Under the pieces are notes generated by a model. The model ran no database searches, was not told the DNA's origin, and saw nothing but the letters and a program-made list of their open reading frames with translations. A program made the translations under genes and the position numbers. DNA of 64,000 nt, taken from Camelus dromedarius. Taxonomy: Eukaryota. Position 1 is the first letter of the stretch. The number at the start of each line of letters is the position of its first letter. Shown here in pieces: positions 38,013-51,080 of this stretch. The stretch covers positions 102,984,001 through 103,048,000 of the forward strand of contig NC_087472.1 of NCBI RefSeq assembly GCF_036321535.1, given 5' to 3'.

Positions 38013-39075
38013 CCCCTTACTCTTTGCATACACAGATGCAAAGTGGATGAAAAAATGTGGATTCTTGAAGCCTGGCTGGAGGAAAAAGAAGAAGAAATCA
38101 AGAATTCTCCCAGATTTCAAGTCTAGGTAGAAAAAAGAATAACCACAAAAGGGAAGGCTTGAGTCAGAGTTAGTTTGAGGAGAAAGACAGTTCAAAAGAT
38201 GTTCCCAGTGGTTCTGCCTTTTGAGTTTGGAGAAGATCTAAGAGTGTTTATTGGCAGAGATAATGGAGCCAAGAGGAAGACTAAAGATAGAAAATGGGGG
38301 AGAGGAAATTAATAGGACAAGATTCTGGAGGAGACAGATATGACTAAATACTCAGATGGAGGTTTAACTTCACATGGAGAAATGCTATTTCTCTGAGGAA
38401 ATAGGAAGAGAGGATGAGGGAAATAGAACAGAATTCTGAGACATTCTGAAGTGGAGAAAAGGGAAAATGACAGACCTCAAACTAAATAGCCTATCTTCTC
38501 AGGGAACTAAATGATAAGAAAATCTACAGAAATTAAGATGAGGGGTCTTAAGGTCCACAAGGAATAGAAATGACTAGGCAAGAAATTAAGTAGGATATCT
38601 GTAAGATATGACTCAAGTATTTCTTATTTTTGAAAAAAGTTGAAAGATTGGCAAAATGATCATTATTGATGTTGGGTGATGAAATACGGGAATTTATTAT
38701 ACTGTTCTCACTAATTATGTGTATGATTGAAATTTTCATAATAAAATATTTAAAAATTTTAAAAAGCTATTGAATAATACACCTATCTCTGCTTTTTAAA
38801 AGAAACTTATAACACTGTATTTTTATTTGTGGGTTGTCAATAAAAATATTTCCCTTAGGTCAATGGCCCTCAATGGGAAAAGGATTTTCTATGTGTCTCA
38901 TACCAATTACTATCCTAAATAAAAGTTCAATCAGTTAAAATGTACCTGTAAAATACTCTGCCTATTGCTTTTTAAAATGCCTGATGCATATTTTAGGCAA
39001 GTTCTGAAATAATTTTGCTTATTTCCCCTAACAGCACATTATTGCTTTTTGTCTATCTAAAAAATCTTTTATTTC

Positions 39076-39151
<76 letters not shown>
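39076..39151 (+). repeat. (TTA)n trinucleotide microsatellite, ~25 units
   Basis: Perfect tta repeat. It explains the poly-Y and poly-N ORFs in the track. Confidence 0.98.
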
Positions 39152-39152
<1 letters not shown>

Positions 39153-40893
39153 TTAAGACAAGTTGGTTACAGGTTGGGCTCTGGTCTGTCCTCTCCATAG
39201 CGATGCCCAACTGAAGAATATCACAGGCTTTCTGGTCTTGCTGGATTTCTTCCCAGCACTGGGAAAACATTGAGATGGCAAAATAAATAGCTCAAATCTT
39301 AGAAACACATTAGAGTGATATGGAATCCTGTATGCTTCATAGCCCTAAGCATCAACTCATTTATATTATTGGAGATTGAAAGAAACATATTAAGAAAGGA
39401 TATTCGTGCCTTGTACAAAATTGTCATGGTCGGCTAGCAAGAAATATTAAAGACTGAAGAAATATCCATGAAGTAGCCACTTGGTTTTCTGAAGCATGTC
39501 CATGATACCCAGAATCCATCAAGTTCATGGTTCCACATCTTGGATTATGAAAAGTGACTAGGCAGTATGCGTGATTTTGACCTTTAGTCAAGATCTCTTT
39601 TTCTGCATTATATTAGGAATAATGAATTGTCATAAATATCATGTGGCTTAAACCAATATTCTGGGAAAACAGCTGGTGGGTTTTAGAAATTAGATGGCAA
39701 GCAACTCAAAATCTTTAGATGATTTTTTAAGACACTGCAAATATGTTAAAAGGAGAATAGCCAAGTTTTCCAGCTTTAGCTCTTACCAAATCATTCACAT
39801 GTTAACCAGGCTCCTGTCCAGGTAAGAAGCACTAGAACGAAGAACATAAGTAATACAGCGGATGAAAAATCTGAACAGGATAGAGGGAGAGGGAAAGAAG
39901 ACCAGGGAAATTAATGAAAGGGAAGACGCAAAAGCATAAACTCAAGGTCAGAGGAGCAGAAGACACCATGCATCCCTTGCTGAGGGGTCAAATTACTTCT
40001 TTCATATTAGTACAGCAATGTGAAAACAGAAAACAGGAAAATTTTCAGTCAGATACATTTTACTGGGCAAAAGAATGCTTAGCCAACTTTACTCTCAATG
40101 ACCTTTAATAGCAATTTGAGGAACGCAAAGGAAAAACTACTGATCAAATGAAAGCACCCCCTGACACCACTCCTCCCTTAACTGACATTAATCACAAGTT
40201 GCTGTCCATAAAGGAATTTGTATTTAATGGAGAAAGAAGCATATGCTACTTTATCTTAGCATCTTACTAAACAGTAGTTCTAGGATTCATCTGCATGGAC
40301 TACAAACTACATCTGGAGTTCTGCCCCTGATTTTGATGTTGGAAAGATTATAAAGAAGTATAATACATGACCAATTCAGGAAGAGAGAGAGACTAAGAGT
40401 GAGGCTGGAGTGAGACTGGTGGTGATTCTTTCTTTAAATCCCCTCGCTTCCTTAGTGGATATAAACTATCAACCAGATATACACAGACACTCTTAGTGGC
40501 CAGAGAAGTCAGCTCATCCTTTCCATTTTGGCTTTAGTGAGTTCCCAAAAGGTCTAGTCAAAGAGTCGGTGCTGGATGGACCTAGAGGAGATGCCACTCA
40601 TGGTCCTGCCCTTGTCAAATCATCCCAGGAGAAAGCCTCGTCCACGAATAGGCACAGCTGTACCACACAGTCCCTGTCCTCTCTGAGCCTGTGTGGCACA
40701 CATCAACGGCCCCAGTAATGGAGGCCTGGGCCTACCCTGGTCCAGCTCCCAGCACTGACAGAGACTGACTCAAGTGCTAAAAGAGTGAAGAGTAAGTGCA
40801 GACATTATTAACTCAGCAAATTTGATTTCCGGCATTGAACATGAAGCAAATGTTGAAAGGCAAATATAATTTTTGTGTCCAGTCCTCCCTAAC

Positions 40894-41402
40894 TGTGGTA
40901 CGCTGAACAACACCCCTCCTCAAAGATGTCCATGACCTAATACCAAGAATCTGTGAGATTGTTACCTTAAGTAGCAGAAGAGATTTTGTAGATGTTATTA
41001 AATTAAGGATCTTGAGACAGGGAGATTATCCTGGATTATCTGGGTGTGCCCAATGTATTCACAAGGGTGCAAATAAAAGGGGCACAAGAGGAATCAGAGA
41101 GAAGGAGATGTGATAGCCGGAGCAGAGGAACAGAGACAGACAGACAGACGGACAGAGATTTGAAGATGCTACACTGCTAGCTTTGAAAACAGAGGAAGAA
41201 GCCATGAGCCAAGGAATGCAGGTGGCCGCCAGAAGCCTGAAAAGGCAAGGAAACAGATTCTCCGCTAGAACATCCAGAAGGAATGCAGTCCTACAAACTC
41301 ATTTCAGACTTCTGACCTCCAGAACTATAAGATAATAAATTTGTGTTGTTTTAAATCACTAAGTTTGCAGTCATTTGTTACAGGAGCACTTGGAAGTGTA
41401 CA
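40894..41402 (+). mobile_element. MaLR solo LTR (MLT1D-like)
   Basis: tgtggta.gctgaa...caaagatgtccatg.cctaat...attaaggatcttgaga.agggagattatcctggattatc...gacttctgacctccagaactataagataataaatttgtgttgttttaa. Confidence 0.88.
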
Positions 41403-41839
41403 TGCCAATAATTTATACAGACAAGATGAGATCAATTTACTCCCAGTCCCTAAATCACAACAACTTAAGTCCCATCTCACTTGTCAGTAGAAGTCCAGGC
41501 TTTATTTGTTTGCACAAATAAAAGGGAAAGTTTACTCCTTCTAGGAATTTGCCTTGGTTGTTTCTAGCTGACTCAGTCCCCTCCTGGTTTGAAGCCACTC
41601 TTTCCCTCCACCCACAGGGCCATGGATGACCCTGCTGCTGGTCACTGTCCACTCCTAGGATTCACTTCCCTTGCATTCCTACATCACTCCTTCTTTTTCC
41701 TTCACCCAAAGCATGGTCCTGATCAGCTTCCAGCTTCCCTAATTTCCAAAGTGAAATGCAAGGCTGCAGCTTGTCTTCATAAGAAAATAATAATAAGTAA
41801 TGATAAAAGTACCAGTTGAGGAACTTACGACACAGAAGT

Positions 41840-42262
41840 AACTGGCTTAGGTTGGACTCCCTAGAACTGGAACCTGAGATGAGAATTCTTGGGTTTGATT
41901 TCCTAGGAGAGAGAAGAGGAGTGAGGGAAACAGGATGAGGCAGGACAAGCAGTGAACTAATCATGGGGTTTCACTGGGAATTCAACTTCAACCTGATTCC
42001 ACAGGGAATTCTGGAATACAAATTGTACTAGAGGATAGTACCAGCTTGAAGGCAAAGAGGCCAGCCTTTTGTGCCATGTCGGTCTGTCATCAGCCATAGC
42101 TACTTCAGGAATGGGGTAAAATAACCTCCCATTCTGCTGAGAGCAATTCTCCAGAGAAAGAGGCAGGGGTGAACTGTCAACAGGCCACACTCATAGCAGC
42201 TGAGGGATGGCGTCAGGGGCCCTTAAAGGGGATGTGGGTGGGCACCAACAGCATCTATCTCT
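41840..42262 (-). mobile_element. ERVL-type LTR (LTR16/LTR33-like), degraded
   Basis: ggttggactccctaga...cctgagatgagaatt...ctgagagcaattctccagagaaagaggcag...gggcaccaacagcatc. Confidence 0.6.
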
Positions 42263-43357
42263 ATCACCGATAACAGAGCTCCCAACTAGTCCCTGAAGAG
42301 CACCTCTGTCAATCACCTTGGCCACACTATTGTTTGAAAGAGTTAACTTTACTTTTCATTTTTCCACCTCCTTTCCACTCCACCAACAAAAACGTCCTTG
42401 AGCTGTCTCTTCTGCCTGGAATAGAGGTCCCAGAGATGTTTCTTTGTCCCTTTAAGACATCACCCAATCCTGCCTCAGTTTCAGGATTTTCCAAGATGAC
42501 TGACAGCCCACATTCCCTAGTCTTGGTCCTAGGCCTCCAAGAAGACATGGGAACACAAAAGCCCAACCTAAGTACATTTCTCCAAGTCTGACTAACATAA
42601 AATTGAGTAATATGCATGTATAGCACCAACAGCCCAATTTATGTTGAGCCAAGATGATTAGCTGGGTTCATTTCCCTTTCACAGCCTCTCACTCCTCCTT
42701 GGGGAAGTGAAGATTGATCTTCCACCTTATTCCTGTCATGCACAAACACCTCCATGAGAACAAGCAATAACATGCAGGCAATGAAATCTATAAACCCCTT
42801 CTCAGGGAAGAACATATCACCAAAAAGTGTTATTCATACTGTAGGTGGCAACCTATTACTGGTCTTGAGAAAAAATTAATGAAAAAAGGTAGACTAGAAA
42901 AGATTAAAATTCATTTCAAATAAATGTACATATTGTTTCATGGAGTAAGACTTTGTTTCAGTTTTATCTATTCATATAGATACAGATAGATATGAATACA
43001 TATTCATATCTATTCATATGTGTATATTCAAACATCTGTATATTTTGGGTCATGATGTATTTCTTACTATACACAGGAGTCAAAAAAAATGTTGGAAAAA
43101 ACACCAATGTACACACTTTTCACTATACAGATATCTTCTCTCATTTTCATCCATAACAGCTTGGTTTCTTGGTGTCACTGAAGGTTTAGAAAACTCCATT
43201 TATTGTTATGGGTCTTTGCTTCATAGCTACAAAAGAGAAAGATCCGTTTGGGCATTTGTTTTCCCCAAAACAAGAAGAGTTCTCAACTCCATTCCATATC
43301 CTAAAGGTGAATTGAACTCTACTTCTGTACTATTTAAAAGCTTTGAAATTATAACAT

Positions 43358-43810
43358 TGACGTGGGTAGAATTATGTCCCCTAAAAAGATGTGCTCAAGT
43401 CCTAACTCCCAGTATCTGTGAATGTGACCTTATTTGGAAATAGGGTCTTGGTAGATGTAATCAAGTTAAAATGAGGTCATACTAGGTTAGGGTGGGCCCT
43501 AATCCAGTGGCTGGTTATCCTTATAAGAAGAGGAAAATGTGGACAGAGAGGCACACAGGGAGAATGCCACAAGACAACAGAGGCAGGTATTGGAGTGACG
43601 TGCCCACAAGATAAAGAATGCCCAGGAGTGCCAGAAACCACCGGAAGCTAGGAAGTGGCAGAGAAAGATTCTTCCTAGAGCCTCGATAAAAAGAATGGCC
43701 CTGCTGACACCTTGATTTTGGACTTCTAGCCTCCAGAACTGTGAGAGAATAAATTTCTGTTGTCTTAAGCCGCTGGTAATTTGTTCTGTTAGCCTTATGA
43801 AACTAATGTG
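43358..43810 (+). mobile_element. MaLR solo LTR (MLT1B/C-like)
   Basis: gaattatgtcccctaaaaagat...gaatgtgaccttatttggaaatagggtctt..agatgtaatcaagttaa.atgaggtcatact...ttggacttctagcctccagaactgtgagagaataaatttctgttg. Confidence 0.9.
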
Positions 43811-44911
43811 TGGGTTTTCCTACTTCTACTCTCACCACTACATTTTCAGAGATCTCAAGAAATATTTACATGTCCCTGCTTGAATATCTATAAAATATCT
43901 CTGAAAGGATAACCAAGAAATTGACAACTTTGGTTGCCTTTGGGAAAGGGAACGGGGTACCTAAAGGATAAGGGAGTTTTTGGTTTTTTTTTTTTTTCAC
44001 AATAATACCTTTTGAAGTTTAAACCATGTGATGTATTATCTATTTTTAAAACAAATAAAATTAAAATTTTGAAAATTTATGGTGTAAACTTAACCCACCT
44101 AGCAATCTTTCCCATCTCTCCAGAGATCACTGCTGATGGAGGCCTGTCCTGTTCTTTTTAAACAGAGGTAAAGTCCTAAGAAGATGGATTGCCCACTTTC
44201 ACAGAGAACCCATGGTTCACAGCCATTTCCATTTTGTACCAAAAACTCAGAAAGGCTAACTGCCCAGTCTTATTCAGAGATATCTTTAGTTATCTGCCTC
44301 TCTCTTTCAAGCTATTTGCTTAAGGATAAAAAGGTACAATGCTGGCAGCTAAAATAATGTTCCTAACCATGATATCCTTAATTATTGACTTAAATGAGGA
44401 GCCATTGTCAGATTTCTTCATTAAAAGACATATTTCATAAGCAGATAACTTACACAGATGATTTTAAAAGGACAAACTCATCAGACAGTTTGAGGCTGAG
44501 TCCAACAAGGTATGCATAGTTAATTATATAATATGAAATGTTGGACAAAATGGGCCCAAGGGTCTTTCAACATCAAAATGTCCAGTGGAGAAGGATGCAG
44601 TGTAACTGGGGCCTTCAGCAAAACACTCCTGTAAGACATCTCTACACAGTATCGGTGATCAATGCATATTTCATGAATTGAATAAAATTAAAGCATAAAA
44701 TGAAGAACTAGAAGAGACTTCGGGATTTTTAGGCATGTTTCCCCTGTAATGCTCTGAAAATGGGCATCAGGCTGTCTGGGTTGGAATAGTGACTTAACTA
44801 TTTCTATGCCAGGCTTTTTCTATACCTCAGTTTTCTCATCTGAAAATTAGAGTAATTATACTATCTGCCTCTTAGGGTTGTTGAGGACGTTAATGGATGT
44901 GAAGTACAACA

Positions 44912-45298
44912 CAGTAGATGCCATTGGTGCCCGGCTCAGATACCATTTACCAGACCAGGGCACCCATGCCCCAGCTGCATCCTCCTCTGCAGAACTGCCA
45001 GGAGCTGATGGTTGTCATGTCGTCCAGGAAGTTACCCGACCCCATGGCCCACAGACAATGACTGGCTGACATGGGGGTACAAAAGAGACCCCTCCTCTCA
45101 AGGCAGGGATAACTCCAAGGTGTGGTTTGTATTTCAGAGCCTCTCTTTAAGGAAGCGGGACCATTTCCTGGCTCAGCTTCCCCCACCCTCTTCCTTTCCT
45201 GCTTCCCTCCCTCCCTCCCCTTCTCCCTGAAGAGCACTCCTGCAATGCACCGACTTCCTGCCTCAGGCTCTGCTTCTCAGGAATCCAACCTAAGGCAG
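44912..45298 (+). mobile_element. ERVL LTR (LTR16-like) adjoining a MIR (~44750-44910)
   Basis: gtagatgccattggtgccc..ctcagat.cc...cccatgccccagctgc...ctccctcccccttctccctga.gagcactcc...ctcaggctctgcttct.aggaatccaacctaaggca. Confidence 0.75.
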
Positions 45299-45559
45299 AA
45301 GGTAGAGAGCTTCAAAATTAAGCGTATAAACAGTCAATCCATTTTCACTGTTACTGTTTAATCACTCAAATTTAGGGCAAGCACAAAATCAAAGGACCTC
45401 TGACAAACTCTAAACCACCCCGAAGGCTTACAGAGGAAAGTGGTGATACAAAACCTGAAAAGGGTGAGTCCATTCCCAAGCTAACACTGAGGAAAAAAAC
45501 AGAAGCCAGAAAGAGCTAGACCAGCCCTGCTTAGATTGTTTTAAAAAGAATAGAGACCC

Positions 45560-46002
45560 TGTGATTAAGGCCTGAGATTAATATTACGTGCTGCCTTGAC
45601 ATCTGGTAAAATCAGCAGGGTCTCAATTGGCCTAATTGCAAGTTCCTCTCCTTACTCTGCTACAAAGGTCCCCTAGCCAAACAACCCTGCTTATCACAGG
45701 GACCAAGCACAGTTCCCTGCAGCCTTTAGAACTATTCAAATGAGCCAATCGCATTCTCCCACAGGAGCCAGGGTGCACCTAGCTCTCCTGATACCACAAA
45801 GCCTGCCTCTCACAGCCCCTGGTTGTTGGCTCTGCTTCTGAGTACAATCCCCAAGTAGCCCTACATGGCATGGGACCCCAGACTGTGACTTTATGTGACT
45901 CTCATCTCTCCCGGGGTGGATGCTGTGTGTTCAGCCATCCCCACAAATCCAGGGTGGGGATCCATTCATTATCAGTGGGGTAAAGAGAAAGCAATTAAAA
46001 CA
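45560..46002 (+). mobile_element. ERVL-class solo LTR (MER54/MER74-like)
   Basis: TG...CA termini (tgtgattaagg...gcaattaaaaca) with 5-bp TSD gaccc (45555-45559 / 46003-46007). Confidence 0.82.
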
Positions 46003-46926
46003 GACCCTTATTACCAGGGCTTGTAAGAATTCTTAGTTTTTTAACTTCTCCCTTGTTTTGTTAAACTTGCCGATTTTCACATATGAAATTGAGAAAAGTC
46101 AAGTGTGTGTGTGTATATGTGTACATGTCAAAGAAACAAAATTAGGTTAGAAGAAGCTGTAAGCAAACACAGGAAACAGGCTGTGTGTGTGGATGAGAGG
46201 CGGGAGTGGATAAAGCCAGGTTCAGCTTGGGCCAGAGGGAGACTGAAATGGACAGCTTGCTGAGACAAAGCTGTGTTCCAGGTAGAAGCATCACTGCTTC
46301 CCATTAGACCAGGGTGCTTCCCATTGGAATAGAAACCAAAACTCAGCGGGAACAAATCAGGTCTCAAAGCTGAAGGAAGTAGAGACGCCTGGATGGAAAC
46401 AAAAAATGAATGAGAAGCAGGTGCAATAACCATTATTCGTCAAGAAATCCTGATGCTGTGGTTCTTATTCATGTAGAATGTGAGGGATGAGGTTTGGTTC
46501 CTCTCACTAGTTTTAGCTAAGGTCATCAAAAATTATGGCTGCCTTTTATAAGTACGAAGTACCTCGAACTTGATACTCAGCCTAGTTATGAGATCACTGG
46601 GGACAAGTTGAATGAGGTGCCCATTTTTAGAGCTTTACAGAAGAAACCTTTCTGACAATCCCCAAATCACATTCCTTCTGCACTTCTCATTCAATTTAAC
46701 TCATGAATTAGGCACTTAGCATCTATATTATAGGATACCTAATGTACTGTGTTTTCCCACGTATGCACCTATGATATGAAAGAATCTGCCCTTTTAACAA
46801 GCCCAGAGTCTTATGCATCCCAAAATTTGAGAAGTAATACTTGAAAAAATGAAAAGGAGAAAAAAATACAGGTGAAGCACCAACATTAAAATACAGGAGT
46901 GTTCCTTTAAAAAAATGAGTCAGAGG

Positions 46927-47766
46927 CATTTCTTCAGAGAAGACATACAGCTGGCCAACAGGCACATGAAAAGATGGCCAACATTGCTAATTATTAGAGA
47001 AATGCAAATCAAAACTACAATGAGGTATCATTTCATACCAGTAAGAATGGCCATCATCAAAAAGCCTACAAATAATAAATGCTGGTGAGCGTATGGAGAA
47101 AAGGGAGCCCTCCTACATTGTTGGTGAGGATGTAAATTGGTGCAGCCACTGTGAAGTACAGTATGGAGGTTCCTTAAAAAACTAAAAATAGAGTTATCAT
47201 ATGATCCAGCAATCCCACTCCTGGGCATATATCTAGAAAAGTCAAAAACTCTATTTTGAAAAGATACGTGCACCCCAATGTTCACAGCAGCACTATTTAC
47301 AATAGCCAATCATGGAAGCCACCTAAATGTCCTTTGACAGATAAATGGGTAAAGAAGATGTGGCATATATACACAATGGAATACTACTCAGCCATAAAAA
47401 AGAATGAAATGATGCCATTTGCAGCAACATGGATGGATCTAGAGATTATCATACTAAGTGAAGTAAGTCAGAAAGAGAAAGACAGATAGCATATGATATT
47501 ACTTATATGTGGACTCTTTAAAAAAAAATGATACAAATGAACTTATTTACAAAACAGAAATAGGCTCACAGACATAGAAAACAAACTTACAGTTACCAAA
47601 GGGGAAAGAGGGGGAGGGATAAATTAGGAGTTTAGGATTAACAGACATACACTATTATACATAAAATAGATAAACAACAAAGACCTACTGTATAGCACAG
47701 GGAACTATATTCAATTTCTTGTAATAATCTATAATGAAAAAGAATCTGAAAAAGAATATATGTATA

Positions 47767-47797
<31 letters not shown>

Positions 47798-47862
47798 CTG
47801 AATCACATTACTGTATACCTGAAATTAACACAAAATTGTAAATCAACTATACTTCAATTTTT
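46927..47862 (+). mobile_element. 5'-truncated L1 (ORF2 C-terminus and 3'UTR)
   Basis: Typical ORF2 3' sequence (MEYYSAIKKNEMMPFAATWMDLEIIILSEVSQKEKD). TSD aaaaatgagtcagagg (46911-46926) / aaaaatgggtcagagg (47863-47878). Confidence 0.93.
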
Positions 47863-48514
47863 AAAAATGGGTCAGAGGGAGTTGTTCTTTTAAAAATAGA
47901 ATTAAATGAAATAAAATAAAATAAAGATCGCACAGATCAAGTCACACTATTAATGGACCAACAGGAAGGGCAGAAGCTGTTGAAAAGAGGATGAAGGTAA
48001 TTGTTCAACTTCCTGAAAGGTAGGAAGGTTAACCTGGGATTTGAGGATGAACAGGATTTAAATAGACATAGAAAGCATTCCACACATCCACACAATGATG
48101 GAAGTGAGCATTCAGTTCAGCAAATATTCATTAATTACTAAAAAAATGTGACAACATCTCAAGAAGTACACAGTGGTTGCCATTTTAATTTGGCTCACTC
48201 CTTATTTGAGGGAAATATTTTTGGTTATAAAATCCAGTTTAAACACTCAAATTATAAAAACCAAAACTAAATGGTACTACACGCTTTCTTTATTGATGTG
48301 AGACTTGACCCTATAGCTCATGCAGTGCCACCAAGGACCTGGTTTCTCACTATGTAGTTTCTTCTCAGCCTTCCTTGGTGTTGGCACCATCCTCAGAGCT
48401 TTCACACTGATCCTTCGGCTTTCTCTCACTGTAGCAAAATGGCAGCTCAAGGCCAAACTTCATATCCTCACACCAAACCCCTAGGACAAGAGATGGTCTC
48501 TTTCTCTTTCTGCC

Positions 48515-48975
48515 TATCTTTCATTCCATCTTGAACCACGCTCTCAGTTGCTCTCTGTACTCCCGTTCCATTGGCCTATTTCAAGCTCATCAAATATGTT
48601 ATTCCTACTTCTATCACAGAACATGGATTTCCATGGTACACTCTTCCTACTCTTTGCCTGGTTAATACACACTCAAATTTCACCTCCCAGCATAAACTTC
48701 ATGACCATAAGGAAGATTTGTTTGCCATCCTCACCTACCAGACAAGGTACAGCCCTGTTATATGCTCTTAATACATAGTATAGTTCTCCTTCATGCAATA
48801 TATTAATATAACTATTTGATTGGTGTTTGTCTTTCCTATGAGAAAGAAACCATGTATGGTTTGGTTTACCACTGTATCCTCAGCATCAATCAAGCATCTG
48901 GACAGTGGGCACTCAATAAGTATTTGTTGACTGGATAGTTGGATGGATGGATGAATAAATGGGTGGAGGGATGGA
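48515..48975 (+). mobile_element. L2 3' end
   Basis: ttggtttaccactgtatcctcagca...cactcaataagtatttgttga.tggat followed by a (GGAT)n tail. Confidence 0.8.
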
Positions 48976-50623
48976 TGGAACTGGCTTCTAAACATGGCCA
49001 TGTAACTAATTAGCTATGTAACCTTTAGCTTTTTTGAGATTCAGTTCTCTCAGCTGTGAGATGAAAAGGTTGGACTAGTTGACCTTTAAGATCCTTTCTG
49101 AATTTAAAGTGTTGAATTCATAAGTGTTACTGTCAAGAGAATTTCTTTAACTGAAGGTATTGTGGAAACAAACTAAAAAATGATGTTTTTAGTTACTCTG
49201 CTATCCTTTTATAAATGTCATTTTTAATCTAATTCTGACTTTGTGTGGTCTCATGCAGTAGTTAGCAATCTGGAGAAATTGATATCCTACAACTGTTACC
49301 AAGCAGCTGGAATTGCCAAATAGCTAATACATGTTAGAAAAAAATATATTGACAGTCTAGGCAGATGTTAAATGAAATGTTACTGAGAACATTTTACATG
49401 TTCCTTTCTCCACCCCACCCCCCAAAAAACTTGCAATATTCAAAGTAAAGGGTTGATTTGGTTTGCTACACTGCTAAAACTAAAATTTCCATTTTTGAGT
49501 GATGTTTAGTACAGAGCATTATTACCATACTGAAATAGTTTTATTTTGCATTTACGAAATAACTTTGCTGCATCCAAATTCATAGAAATTTGATTAGATT
49601 CTAAATACATTTGCGTTCAGGGTCCAATTCATATCCATCTATTTGTGCATTTTAAGAGAAAATATAATTTATGTTTTCACTTGACATGCCTATGAAGCAC
49701 AAGATAAAACTTCCTACCTGCCCCCCCATTCAACATCTGGATCTGAACCATAATTTGCCTATAAATAAGAAATGAGAATTTTGATCAGGCAGCTTTGCAA
49801 TCTGTTCAAAATAGTCTGGGAATGCTTGATTGCATAACAAATCTCCAAGTAAATTAAGTGGTGTTAAGAAAGTTTAACTACCATAGAATATTTTATTATA
49901 TTCTATATTCCTTTAAAAATTTATACTTTCTAATGGAGTGATGCAGCCAAAGTATTGATAAAGAGAGAGAACTATATGGAAATGTCCTTGTGAAAAGAAA
50001 CTCTCCCTGTTGAGGAAATCAAGGCTCCATTGTTCTTCTTCTAAGTGGCTGGGGCAGGAACTGGCTAACTGTTCCCCAAACCCATTTCCATATCCTCCTT
50101 GGCTCCCAGGTAGACTACATTTCCCAGCCTACCATGTGACAGATTCCTGGCCAATGGAATGTAGGCAAGAAGTTATATATCTGATTTCTGGGCCTGGCTT
50201 ATGAAATCCTCCCAATGTAATCCTCCACCCTCTTACCTCCTACACATTAAAGATGGCAGAGTGAGGTCTGCCTTGTTCTCTGAACACTGTTTAGGGCAGA
50301 GCCTCTCTCCACATTCTCATATTCCCAACCAAGTTATGAGCTAGCAGAAGAGAGACTACATTATCTCATCCTTCATTCTTCTTAGTATCTCAGGCTTCTG
50401 AGCACAGCATAGTACCAAAAGCTTCCACTAAAAATTTGCTATAGGTGATTATTTCTTTTCCCCCATGTTTTCTTCATTTTAAAGACAGAAGAGGAAAGGA
50501 GAAGTGAAAGGCTGACATTCCATGACTTATTTTTGTCCAAGAATCATCTCTCCTTGCATAAATTGGGTCCATAAAATAGATCGGCTGCAAGAATGAAGAA
50601 AATGTTAGCTTCTTCAAATGAGT

Positions 50624-51080
50624 GTGCTAGTCCAAGTTCTCATAGAAGCATATGCCAAGATGAGATTAAACATGCAAGGATTTTACTAAGAGAAATGCCC
50701 ATGAAAGAAAATGGAGAGTGAGCCAGGAAAACTAGAGGGTCATCAGACCATGATGCAGTCTGACCCAGAGTAAAGGAGGAGAGAAGGCTGGGCAGAAGTG
50801 TGCGGCCACATCATCTAAGGAAGGTTTGGCAAGGCCATCAGGGAGTTCTCAAGCCAGAGTTGGCATTCAGAGGAATCCCGCGCCCTTCCAGAAAAAAACC
50901 TGTCTTGGTATGCCTGCCACACATCATTGGCTGGGAGCAGCCCTTGGGAGGCAAGGCCTCAGCTTGAACTTGGAAATAGAGATGGATTTCAGAACCCAGC
51001 AGTTGGAGCTGTCAGTCAACTAGGAGCTGTCAGTCAACTACACTCCCTGCTGTTCTTCAAAGCAGTCTCATAGCCTCTAC
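50624..51080 (-). mobile_element. ERVL-type LTR (LTR33/LTR41-like)
   Basis: tgtgctagtccaagtt...gccaagatgagatta...tcattggctgggagcagccc...ggatttcaga.cccagcag.tggagctgtcagtcaact. Confidence 0.6.

Noticed and set aside
39015..39270. Poly-Tyr/poly-Asn ORFs and a possible minus-strand exon (ttttcccag at ~39254)
   Set aside because: The homopolymers are translations of the (TTA)n microsatellite. The donor site is weak and I recognise no protein similarity.
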